DNA of 27,573 bases, from assembly GCA_038736825.1 (NCBI GenBank), contig JAVYME010000013.1, positions 1-27,573 on the forward strand, in the 5' to 3' direction. The stretch comes from Candidatus Iainarchaeum sp. Lineage in GTDB: Archaea; Iainarchaeota; Iainarchaeia; Iainarchaeales; DTGL01. The position numbers and the translations under genes are program-made. Below the pieces are notes generated by a model. The model saw only the letters and a program-made list of their open reading frames with translations, was not told the DNA's origin and searched no databases. Shown here piece by piece: positions 15,502-24,017 of the stretch (the stretch's first letter is position 1; the number at the start of each line of letters is the position of its first letter).

Positions 15502-16764
15502 TTGATTATTATAACTATATTGTTGGTGTTTATGCTCAATCCCAGGTTATGCGTTAAATGCAAGGGAAAGCTTTTGTGCGGGCTTTCTTATTGCCCAATC
15601 CTGGAACGCTATTCACTGCGGTCTCGCGCAACAGCGAGAATAAATGGCACGGATTTTTATGGAAGTTCCCCGCCAGGGCTTTTTGTTTCATGGCACAATT
15701 ATCCAAACATCACGGTTTCTGCTTTAAGCCCCACAACAGTGGAACAAAATGCATCATTCTTTGATGCCCCAGAAAAATGGTTTGGCCTTTCAGAAAAAGA
15801 AATTCTCTCCTTTCGCGAGTCCTTGATTGGTTCTGGAAAAAAATTTACAGCAAGGGCTGCATCCTCTCCAGACAAAAAACTTGCCACAATGCAAGAACTC
15901 GTGATGAGTTATAAGCCAGTAAATGTTGAGGTTTCATTGTTCAAAAAACCAGAACTCAGTCTTTCCTTTGATGAATCTGTTGCGCCAACAGGCCCGCGTG
16001 CTCCATTGAAAAGCATAAAACTCACTGAAAACCCCAAAATACCTCAAAAAGTGGATTATTTGAATGCAGACATAAACGCTGATTCCATGACTGCCGTAAT
16101 GGAATTGTATTATGCTGGTTTTCCGGTTTCCTTTCTTTACAAGCTGCTCTCAGCCGGCGCTTTGGGGGTTGAAAAAAACCGCAGGCTTGTTCCAACCCGC
16201 TGGGCGATTTCAGCAATTGATTCAAATGTAAGCGAAAAAATCATAAACGAAAAAGTGAAATCCTTTCCGCAAATCAATGAAATCAGGCTTTTTCATTCCA
16301 ATTACCTTGATAATGCCTTTTACATATTGCTTCTTCCACGCGAATGGTCTTTCGAGCAATTGGAGTGCTGGCTTCCAGGAGGCGCTTGGACGGCGAATGC
16401 CAAAGAATACAGCATCATCCAAGACCACGAGTTTTATGATGGCCGAAAGGATTATGCATCCAATGTTGAGGGCGCATATTATTCAGCTCGCCTTGCGGTG
16501 GCAGAATACCTTGCAAGGGAAAAGCGCCAGGCTGCAGTGATTGTTTTCAGGGAAATAGGGCAAGACTATAATCTGCCCTTGGGTGTTTGGGTTATCAGGG
16601 AAACTGTGCGAAAAGCCCTTGAATCCAAGCCTTTCATTTTCCAAGAACTGAATCTAGCACTCAAATTTTTGGGCTTGAAATTGCGGGTTCCAATAGCGCA
16701 ATACGAAAAGGAATCAAAGCTGTTGGATCACTGGAAGCACCAAAAACGGCTTGGCGATTTCTAG
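15502..16764 (+). CDS. nreA: NreA-like archaeal DNA repair protein (DUF650/DUF651-type) with C-terminal PIP box; likely start ATG 15532
   Basis: N-terminal Cys cluster LCVKCKGKLLCGLSYCPILERY, a conserved middle region ...RRLVPTRWAISA..., and the extreme C-terminus QKRLGDF, which fits QxxLxxF. The assignment is from recalled family features, not a search. Confidence 0.6.
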   Translation: MIIITILLVFMLNPRLCVKCKGKLLCGLSYCPILERYSLRSRATARINGTDFYGSSPPGLFVSWHNYPNITVSALSPTTVEQNASFFDAPEKWFGLSEKEILSFRESLIGSGKKFTARAASSPDKKLATMQELVMSYKPVNVEVSLFKKPELSLSFDESVAPTGPRAPLKSIKLTENPKIPQKVDYLNADINADSMTAVMELYYAGFPVSFLYKLLSAGALGVEKNRRLVPTRWAISAIDSNVSEKIINEKVKSFPQINEIRLFHSNYLDNAFYILLLPREWSFEQLECWLPGGAWTANAKEYSIIQDHEFYDGRKDYASNVEGAYYSARLAVAEYLAREKRQAAVIVFREIGQDYNLPLGVWVIRETVRKALESKPFIFQELNLALKFLGLKLRVPIAQYEKESKLLDHWKHQKRLGDF

Positions 16765-19700
16765 CGCTTTTTCTTGTAAATTATTCCAAGCGCTGCTATT
16801 GCTGTCAATATTGCAATAAACTGGTGGATTTCCGGCACTGTGATTTCTCCCATTTCAGGAAAAGCATATATGTATTTGCTCTTTTTGCATTCTGGCTTTA
16901 TGCAGTTATAGCCCGTGATGTCCGCTTCAGCCACAACAAGGTAGACGCCTCTTTCATTCAATGGACCAAGCTCTTTTGATTCCGTATTGCACTTTATTTT
17001 GACACCCTGTTGCAATGGTGGTGCCTGTATTGTTTCGTTTTTGAATGCCCAAAGGCTTAGCTTTGCATTAAAGTCCTCTGTACAGGAAACCCTTACAGTT
17101 GTCTTTCCACCTACATTGGTGTCATTTGCGCTTACTGCAATCAGCCCATAAGGTCTTGAAGGAAAGCCGTGCAATGTGAAAGTTTTGCTTGCTTTGTTTT
17201 CCTTGCAAGTCACAGTATAGCCAGCATAGTTGTAGTCTATTTCAACCCTTGGATTTGATGGGAACAACCCTTTCGGGTGCCTTGCTTCAAATACAACTTC
17301 CGCGCTTTTGTTTTTTTGAATCACAGCATTTTTTCCTTGCAATACTGTTAACTTGTGTTCTGGAGTGAAATCAGGAAAACTGAAATTTGCCAGTCTTACT
17401 TCGTAATCATCATTGTTTGTTACCTTGAATTTTGTGACAACCTTTTCTTCAGTGGAATTTGGCACTTGCTGCCTTGTAAAGCCTATGTCTGAAATCGCAA
17501 GCTTGTCCGGGTCAAAAATTACCTCTGGATCTATGACTGTAAGGTCGATTCCGCCTTTCAGTGTTGCTGGAACAAGATCCTTGTATGGCGGAAGCCCTAC
17601 CGGACCAGGGGATTGACTGTAAGAATTGAGCTTTACATAGTGTGGCCTGTTCCAGCAAACTCCATTGAAATAACCTGAATGGCCAAGGCAGTCCACATAC
17701 AATTCAGCATCAACCTTGAAGTTTTTTGCATCATCCGGCACATTGAAATTTATTGATGGTGGCGCTGAAGTAATATCAAAAGAACTCACTGTCGCTCCTC
17801 CTTTTTTTATTGTTATCAAGCCCTTGCAAAAGATGTTCCAAGTGCTTGCAATGCCTGCGCTCAAATCGCAATTATGGCATGGCACATCATTATAAGTTCC
17901 AGGCGGAGTGAACGGTTGGCCTGAAGGCACAGTGCATGTCGGACATTTGTAGTTTAATATTTGGCCATTGATGTTGGTTTCATTGCTTGGAGACCAATAA
18001 CAGCCTTTGCAGGTTATGTTTTCAAGGGCGTGTCCTTGGATTGCGCAACCCCAGCATGGAACTGTTCCAGAGTTTTGTGAAACAAGCGGTTGGACTCTAG
18101 GGTCAGTACATAGAACTCCGTTAAATCCCCTAAACATGTCCCAGCTCGAAATGTCGTTGTAAACAGCTTGCGGTTTCCAGACTATGGGCGGACATGAAGT
18201 GTATCCTCCTGCAACCATGAAGTCACCGGAAATGCTTGAATCTTGGTCAAAGGTAAGGCTTGCGTCAGTGCCTTTGCAGAAAAGCACTTTGCCTGTAAGC
18301 ATTTGCCCGTCACCTGTCTTGAAAATTGGTTCCCAGCTGATTCTCAAATAGGATTTAACATAGCTTTCCCAACAGGCAGGATCTGGCTCGTAAGGCGTGG
18401 TTGGACAGAATAGCTGGAATCCATCTATTTGCTCTCCCTTTGCGTTAGGCAAAAAAGCCAAAAGCAAGGCTAAAACTAAAAATGGCAAAAAGGCGCTCAT
18501 TGCCTTTTTCTTTTTCCAAAATCTTAAAATTAGTGTCAGGCTTGCGGCTACTGCCAAAAAGACTGCAAATGAAACTAGTAAAATGTCAGTGTTGGTTTTT
18601 GGCTTTGGCTCTTGCCATGTTGTGGGGGCAGGCGGCAAACCGTCAACCGGCTTTTCAGTGCCTTCAATTCCCTTTACCATTATTTCGGTTTTTATTTCAT
18701 TGTTTTCTGCAAGCATTGCCCTTAGCTTATAATTGTTGTTAGCTGAAGGAACAAGTATTTGGGTTTCCCCACTGCATTTTTCAAGCAGGGCTTCGCTTGT
18801 TCCAGCAAGTTCTCCTGATTCAGTCATTGCAATCAGGTTAACTGTTTTGTTTTCATTGCACTTGTTTCCAATGCTGTCCCTTACTTCAAGCATTGCTTTT
18901 ATTTCTCCCCAGCCAGGGCTGTCCTTTGATGGCATCATTTCTGCATTTGCGCTTATGCTGATTTCTGTGTCTGCAAACTTTTCAAAATCATAAAAGGTTT
19001 CCTCTATGTCTTGGAGAATTCCTTGAGCATCAAAGAGCCTGACTCTCAGCTTGCCTCTTGAAAGTCCTTTTTCTGCAATGAATGGTATTTCTACAGCGCG
19101 CATGTTTGAGACAATTCTTATCGGGTTAACGCTTTTTTGTGTCAAAACATTGCCTGACTCGTCGTAAAAAGAGAATTCCACTCTGCCAATTGTGGAAATA
19201 AAGTTTTGGTCTTTTGCTGTTTTTCCGTTTAGGTCGGAATTGCCGTCAATAATGCGCATTGAAGAATCCAGTGCTTCTCCCAGTGTTGTGGAAATTGAAA
19301 AGCAGGCGCCTATAAGGGTTTTTTCATCTTTTTTCAATGGAAAGCTGGCTATTGAAGCAAAAGCAATCCTTGCCTTTATTCCGTGCACTGGAATCCTCAT
19401 TGGCACGATGGTTTTCTGGTTGCCATACCTGGCGGTTATTATTACCATGTATGCTTCAGGGGGTAGCACTCCGATTTCATACTCTATTGGTTGTGCTGAG
19501 TTTTCAGGCACGCTTATTGTTTCGGTTTGCTGGAGTGGTTTTACTGCTGCAATCTCTTTTTTTATTGGGCTTGTTTCTGGAATCTCGTTTCTTGCATCCA
19601 ATGCAAGCAGTCTTGGAAACTTTACGTCATCCCAGAGGTAAATGCGTTTTTCCACGTCTACTTTTTTTTCTTTTCCCGAGTTTTTAATTGAAAGCCTTAT

Positions 19701-20327
19701 TGTGAGGGGCACACCGTATTCGTACTCTGGAAGGAATGTTGTCGGGTTGTACTGTGTTTCGTTGACGAACATTTTTGTCCTGTCAAAGTAAACAAAGCCG
19801 TCCTTTGATTCTTCCTTTCTTTTCAAGTCAAATGAAACTGCCGCAGAGTACAAGCCGGTTACATCTGAGTGTCCTCCAAGACTATAAGAGGACATATAAT
19901 AATAGAAGGCAGCGCGGTATTTGCCAGCGGGCAGGTTTTCAGGGATTTTCCATGAAAAAGCCACGTGCTGTCTGCTGTATTTCTTGTAGCTTATTTCGTC
20001 CGGTAAAAAGAATTCATCCACTACATCCTCGCCAAAAGCCCTTTCTCCATAATGTGTGAGTATTTGTACCTTTATTTTTCCTTCAGCCATGGGGTGCTCT
20101 ATTGCGCCAACAATGTCAAACTCTCCTTTTATGGTTTCTCCCGCATAATATTCTGCTCGCTCAAGTGCAAGGTTTTCAAACCTGACAGAAAAAGAGCGGT
20201 GGTATTTTTCGCATGGAACATATCCTTCAACGCAATCGCATTTTTCTTCCTCTGCAAAAGCCTGTTGGGTTATTGAGAAAAAAAGAACAGCTGTCAATAA
20301 AAAAAAGAGAGTGCTTTTATTTGGCAA
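16761..20327 (-). CDS. Large Cys-rich cell-surface protein (hypothetical) built of two signal-peptide/ectodomain/TM-anchor modules
   Basis: TTG start preceded by GGAGGTGG. The N-terminal signal peptide is MPNKSTLFFLLTAVLFFSITQQAFA|EE. An internal segment reads ...ILLVSFAVFLAVAASLTLILRFWKKKKA-MSAFLPFLVLALLLAFLPNAKG|EQ. The C-terminal anchor is FIAILTAIAALGIIYKKKR. I recognised no known family. Confidence 0.7.
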   Translation of the reverse strand: MPNKSTLFFLLTAVLFFSITQQAFAEEEKCDCVEGYVPCEKYHRSFSVRFENLALERAEYYAGETIKGEFDIVGAIEHPMAEGKIKVQILTHYGERAFGEDVVDEFFLPDEISYKKYSRQHVAFSWKIPENLPAGKYRAAFYYYMSSYSLGGHSDVTGLYSAAVSFDLKRKEESKDGFVYFDRTKMFVNETQYNPTTFLPEYEYGVPLTIRLSIKNSGKEKKVDVEKRIYLWDDVKFPRLLALDARNEIPETSPIKKEIAAVKPLQQTETISVPENSAQPIEYEIGVLPPEAYMVIITARYGNQKTIVPMRIPVHGIKARIAFASIASFPLKKDEKTLIGACFSISTTLGEALDSSMRIIDGNSDLNGKTAKDQNFISTIGRVEFSFYDESGNVLTQKSVNPIRIVSNMRAVEIPFIAEKGLSRGKLRVRLFDAQGILQDIEETFYDFEKFADTEISISANAEMMPSKDSPGWGEIKAMLEVRDSIGNKCNENKTVNLIAMTESGELAGTSEALLEKCSGETQILVPSANNNYKLRAMLAENNEIKTEIMVKGIEGTEKPVDGLPPAPTTWQEPKPKTNTDILLVSFAVFLAVAASLTLILRFWKKKKAMSAFLPFLVLALLLAFLPNAKGEQIDGFQLFCPTTPYEPDPACWESYVKSYLRISWEPIFKTGDGQMLTGKVLFCKGTDASLTFDQDSSISGDFMVAGGYTSCPPIVWKPQAVYNDISSWDMFRGFNGVLCTDPRVQPLVSQNSGTVPCWGCAIQGHALENITCKGCYWSPSNETNINGQILNYKCPTCTVPSGQPFTPPGTYNDVPCHNCDLSAGIASTWNIFCKGLITIKKGGATVSSFDITSAPPSINFNVPDDAKNFKVDAELYVDCLGHSGYFNGVCWNRPHYVKLNSYSQSPGPVGLPPYKDLVPATLKGGIDLTVIDPEVIFDPDKLAISDIGFTRQQVPNSTEEKVVTKFKVTNNDDYEVRLANFSFPDFTPEHKLTVLQGKNAVIQKNKSAEVVFEARHPKGLFPSNPRVEIDYNYAGYTVTCKENKASKTFTLHGFPSRPYGLIAVSANDTNVGGKTTVRVSCTEDFNAKLSLWAFKNETIQAPPLQQGVKIKCNTESKELGPLNERGVYLVVAEADITGYNCIKPECKKSKYIYAFPEMGEITVPEIHQFIAILTAIAALGIIYKKKR

Positions 20328-20511
20328 ATTTCCACCTCCGCCTAAACGCCAATATTATTTGTTTTTCTATTATATATTTCTTTGCATTGAGTTGTAATAG
20401 AAATCTCGACTTTTTTGCTCAAATGAAGTTTTTTGCCGCTTTATCTGTTTGGCTTAATTTTTTTTCAGAGAGCGCCTGTGCAGGCAGTTTTTGTAAGAAT
20501 TAGCTTGACAA

Positions 20512-21474
20512 TTACCCAAATTTCATCATTTGTGCCAAGAGTGCTTCAATTTGTATGCGTTCGTTTGCGCCTTGCACCATGCGAAAATTGTATTCGCCGA
20601 TTACATCAACCAGTTCTATTTTCTTTTTTGTAGGCAGCTCGCTTTCGCTCATGTCCATTGCTGTTCTGTAAATTTGCAGTATTACGTCTTCGCCGCTCAT
20701 GCCGTACTCAAACATGAGCTTGTCCAATAAGTCGCGTGCTTCCCTGAATTTGTGCTTGAAAGCCAGTTCCAGCATTTTTTTTATTTCCTCTGGTCTTGCC
20801 CTGCTGGAAACATTGTAAACAGTGTGCTCTGAAACCTTTTTTTCAAGGAAGGCAGAACCCTGCAAAATGTTTATGGCTTTCCTTAAATCGCCTTGTGAAA
20901 CATAAATTATTGCTTCAATTGCTTTATGCTCCAAATCCAGTTTTTCTGTTCTTGCAATTTCTTCCAATTTTGCTTTTATTTCTTCAGGTTGCAGGGGAGT
21001 GAACCTGAACACCACGCACCTGGACTGTATCGGCTCTATTATGCGCGAAGAATAATTGCATGAAAGAATAAAACGGGCTGTTTTCGTGTATTTTTCCATT
21101 GTTCTCCTTAACGCCTGTTGTGCGTCTGGAGTAAGAGCGTCCGCTTCATCCAAAAAAATTATTTTGAAGTCTGCATTGAATGCAAGAGTGCGCGCGAAAT
21201 CCTTTATTGTGTTCCGTACAACGTCTATTCCTCGCTCGTCTGAAGCATTCAATTCCAAAAAGTTTTGCTGGAATCCTTGTTCGCCAAACAATTCCCTTGC
21301 AAGCGCTATCGCGCAAGATGTTTTTCCGATTCCGGCAGAGCCTGAGAAAAGCATGTTGGGAACATTTCTTTTGCTTGAATAGCTTTGAAGCCTTTCCACT
21401 ATGTTTTTTTGGCCAACCACTTCTGAGAGTTTTTTTGGCCTGTATTTTTCAACCCAGGGCATTTCTATTTCCAT
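20512..21474 (-). CDS. rfcS: Replication factor C small subunit
   Basis: PWVEKYRPKKL, Walker A GSAGIGKTS, Walker B IIFLDEADALT, the SRC motif PIQSRCVVFRF, and an RFC C-terminal helical domain. Confidence 0.95.
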   Translation of the reverse strand: MEIEMPWVEKYRPKKLSEVVGQKNIVERLQSYSSKRNVPNMLFSGSAGIGKTSCAIALARELFGEQGFQQNFLELNASDERGIDVVRNTIKDFARTLAFNADFKIIFLDEADALTPDAQQALRRTMEKYTKTARFILSCNYSSRIIEPIQSRCVVFRFTPLQPEEIKAKLEEIARTEKLDLEHKAIEAIIYVSQGDLRKAINILQGSAFLEKKVSEHTVYNVSSRARPEEIKKMLELAFKHKFREARDLLDKLMFEYGMSGEDVILQIYRTAMDMSESELPTKKKIELVDVIGEYNFRMVQGANERIQIEALLAQMMKFG

Positions 21475-21823
21475 GAGCGCACCTTTGGATAGATTTTGGG
21501 AAAAAGGGTTTTAAAGGCTATTTTCTTGCTGTTTTTTTTGGTTGAGTGTTTTGAATTCTTTTTTTGCGGGCTTTTTGGTGTTATCTCGTGCTTTTATGGT
21601 ATTGCGCTGGTGTCAGAAAAAGCGAAAAACTTTTTTCAATTGCTTTTTGGCTTTTTGCTGTAATTTTTTCATTCTTTGTGGTTTTTGCATTCAAACTGTT
21701 TTCTTTTGTTTTTGGCGTTTTTTCCGCTGTCGCGCTGAAAGCTTTTCTTTTTTTCTTGATTGAGGGAATGATTAAAAGGCTTTTTGGGTTTTAATTCTTC
21801 CAAGCGGGTTTTAAGGTGGGAAA

Positions 21824-22708
21824 ATGGCAAGAGAAGAAAAAGGCTCTTATGCTGTCAAGACAGGGCTTGCGAAAATGCTAAAGGGTGGCGTAATAATGGA
21901 TGTTGTTACCGCCAAGCATGCGCGAATTGCGGAAAAGGCTGGCGCTTGTGCCGTAATGGCGCTTGAAAGAGTTCCTGCGGATATTCGCAAAGAGGGCGGT
22001 GTTGCAAGAATGGCTGACCCCAAAAAAATCAAGGAAATAATGAATGCTGTTTCCATTCCTGTAATGGCTAAAGCGCGCATTGGCCATTTTGTTGAAGCAC
22101 AAGTGCTTGAAGCACTTGGAGTGGATTTCATTGATGAAAGCGAGGTTCTCACGCCGGCTGACCCAAAATACCATATTGACAAATGGAAGTTCAAGGTTCC
22201 ATTTGTTTGTGGTTGCACCAATTTGGGGGAAGCCTTGCGCAGGATCAAAGAGGGCGCTGCAATGATTCGCACTAAAGGTGAAGCCGGCACTGGCAATGTT
22301 ATTGAAGCCGTAAGGCATATGAGAATGGTTAGCGAAGAAATTGCTGCACTTAAAAGAATGAATTCAACGCAATTGAAAGCCAAAGCAATTGAGTACAGGG
22401 TGCCATTGGATTTAGTGGTTAAAACTCGAAATCTTGGAAGGCTTCCAGTGGTTAATTTTGCTGCAGGCGGTATTGCCACTCCAGCTGATGCTGCCCTAAT
22501 GATGCAATTGGGTTGTGATGGTGTTTTTGTTGGTTCAGGAATCTTTAAGTCAGCCAATCCTGCAAAGAGAGCTCGCTCGATTGTTGAAGCCACCACGCAT
22601 TTCAGGGATGCAAAAGTGATTGCAAAGTTTTCCGAGGGCTTGGGTGATGCAATGAAAGGCAAGGATATTGCGGAATTAAAGGAAAGATTGCAGGATCGCG
22701 GCTGGTAA
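21824..22708 (+). CDS. pdxS: Pyridoxal 5'-phosphate synthase, synthase subunit PdxS
   Basis: [15 protein letters not shown]...[20 protein letters not shown]...[14 protein letters not shown]...[10 protein letters not shown]...[36 protein letters not shown] lies 5 nt upstream. Confidence 0.95.
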   Translation: MAREEKGSYAVKTGLAKMLKGGVIMDVVTAKHARIAEKAGACAVMALERVPADIRKEGGVARMADPKKIKEIMNAVSIPVMAKARIGHFVEAQVLEALGVDFIDESEVLTPADPKYHIDKWKFKVPFVCGCTNLGEALRRIKEGAAMIRTKGEAGTGNVIEAVRHMRMVSEEIAALKRMNSTQLKAKAIEYRVPLDLVVKTRNLGRLPVVNFAAGGIATPADAALMMQLGCDGVFVGSGIFKSANPAKRARSIVEATTHFRDAKVIAKFSEGLGDAMKGKDIAELKERLQDRGW

Positions 22709-22729
22709 AAAAACTTTTTTTGTGAGAAA

Positions 22730-23305
22730 ATGGCTTGCAAGGTTGTGGGAGTGCTTTCCTTGCAGGGTGGCGTAAAAGAGCACCTTGCAATGGCACAAGA
22801 TTGTGGCTGGACTGCCATTGAAGTCAAGAAGGTTGAAGACCTTAAAGGGCTTAGCGCGCTTATCCTTCCAGGCGGAGAGTCAACCACTATAGGGTTGCTT
22901 TTGCGCCAAAGAGGATTGCTTTCAGCATTGAAAAAAACAATTAATGGGGGAATGCCTGTTTTTGGAACCTGTGCTGGAGCCATATTGCTTTCCAAAACTG
23001 TTGGCAAAGGAAATGGCCTTATAGGGTTAATGGATTTGGCTTTGGAGAGAAATGCTTATGGACGCCAAGTTGACAGTTTTGAGACAGAATTGCAAGTGAA
23101 AGGCTTGGGTTTTTTTAAAGGCATTTTCATTAGAGCGCCGGTAATCGAGAAAACTGGAAAAAATGTTGAAGTTTTGGCCTCTTTCAAAGGAAAACCGGTT
23201 CTTGCAAGGCAGGGCAAAATGCTTGCTGCAACCTTCCACCCAGAACTAGGCAAAGACAAAAGATTGCACGAGTTTTTCTTGGAAAAGGTCGCACAAGGGT
23301 TTTAA
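22730..23305 (+). CDS. pdxT: Pyridoxal 5'-phosphate synthase, glutaminase subunit PdxT
   Basis: GVLSLQGGVKEH, LILPGGESTT, the catalytic GTCAGAILL, and FHPE near the C-terminus. It lies directly downstream of pdxS. Confidence 0.95.
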   Translation: MACKVVGVLSLQGGVKEHLAMAQDCGWTAIEVKKVEDLKGLSALILPGGESTTIGLLLRQRGLLSALKKTINGGMPVFGTCAGAILLSKTVGKGNGLIGLMDLALERNAYGRQVDSFETELQVKGLGFFKGIFIRAPVIEKTGKNVEVLASFKGKPVLARQGKMLAATFHPELGKDKRLHEFFLEKVAQGF

Positions 23306-23332
23306 ACTCTTGTTTTAGAATTCATATATTGT

Positions 23333-23989
23333 TTGGGGGTTTTTATGGAGAAAACGTTTTTTGTGGAAAGAAAATTATTGTTTGCTTTATTTTTGCTTGT
23401 GGTTTCCTATATGGCAATCTATTTGTTTTCAAATTATGCAAGTGGTTTTTTTTCTGGATTGCCAGGGATAGGGACTCTTTTTCCCTTGTATGATTGGCGC
23501 TTTGATTCTAGTGCTGGCTCTGTTTCTCCAATGTTTGCATTAATGCCTTTGCTTGGCTTTCTTTCAGTTTATTTTCTCGCCTATTTTTTGAAGAAAGAGT
23601 TTGACTGGCATTTTGTTGAAACAGCATGGTTTCCAGTGGTTTTAGTGTTTTTTTCGCTTTTGGCGTTCTTTTTTGCGCCTTTTTTCTTTTACATGAATCA
23701 AACCCAGGCAAGCAAGGTGCAAACTTGCTTTCTTCGCTTCCAAAAAGACTATGGTGCAGAAAAGGATCCACAACTCGAAATGGGCAAGGATTTCAAGGCA
23801 GGAAACTGTGTATGGGATTCCTGTTTTGGGTGCGGTTATTTAAAGCTCACTGGAAGCGAACCCCAGATTGTCTGCCAAATAAACTATTTAAAGTGCCTTG
23901 GCCAATCTGCTTTTTTGGTTTTTGTTTTTGGTGCAATTGCTGGCTGGGTTTCATTGAGAGTGCAAAAAATGCTTGAAGGCATGTCTTAA
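23333..23989 (+). CDS. Hypothetical polytopic membrane protein with Cys-rich loop (likely start ATG 23345)
   Basis: Several hydrophobic helices. The loop QTCFLRF...GNCVWDSCFGCGYLK...IVCQINYLKCLGQ has 7 Cys. GGGGGT lies 4-5 nt upstream of ATG 23345. Confidence 0.6.
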   Translation: MGVFMEKTFFVERKLLFALFLLVVSYMAIYLFSNYASGFFSGLPGIGTLFPLYDWRFDSSAGSVSPMFALMPLLGFLSVYFLAYFLKKEFDWHFVETAWFPVVLVFFSLLAFFFAPFFFYMNQTQASKVQTCFLRFQKDYGAEKDPQLEMGKDFKAGNCVWDSCFGCGYLKLTGSEPQIVCQINYLKCLGQSAFLVFVFGAIAGWVSLRVQKMLEGMS

Positions 23990-24017
23990 GCAATGCAGCC
24001 TTTTATTTTTTTAGTGT

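Noticed and set aside
16761-16764. Convergent nreA and the surface-protein gene share a palindromic CTAG holding both stop codons (4-nt overlap)
   Set aside because: The overlap is real in the sequence, but genome compaction explains it best. It gives no evidence of a functional element.
21542-21794. Two overlapping small hydrophobic ORFs (73 and 76 aa) in the rfcS-pdxS spacer
   Set aside because: Their hydrophobicity is explained by T-rich DNA (Phe codons). Both need TTG starts with no Shine-Dalgarno sequence, whereas neighbouring genes have clear ones. I kept this only as a low-interest note on the spacer.
21847-23007. 386-aa ORF on the minus strand spanning pdxS and pdxT
   Set aside because: It is antisense to two genes with unambiguous family motifs. 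Its translation is low-complexity and Ala/Ser/Pro/Thr-rich with no motif, which is typical of a shadow ORF.
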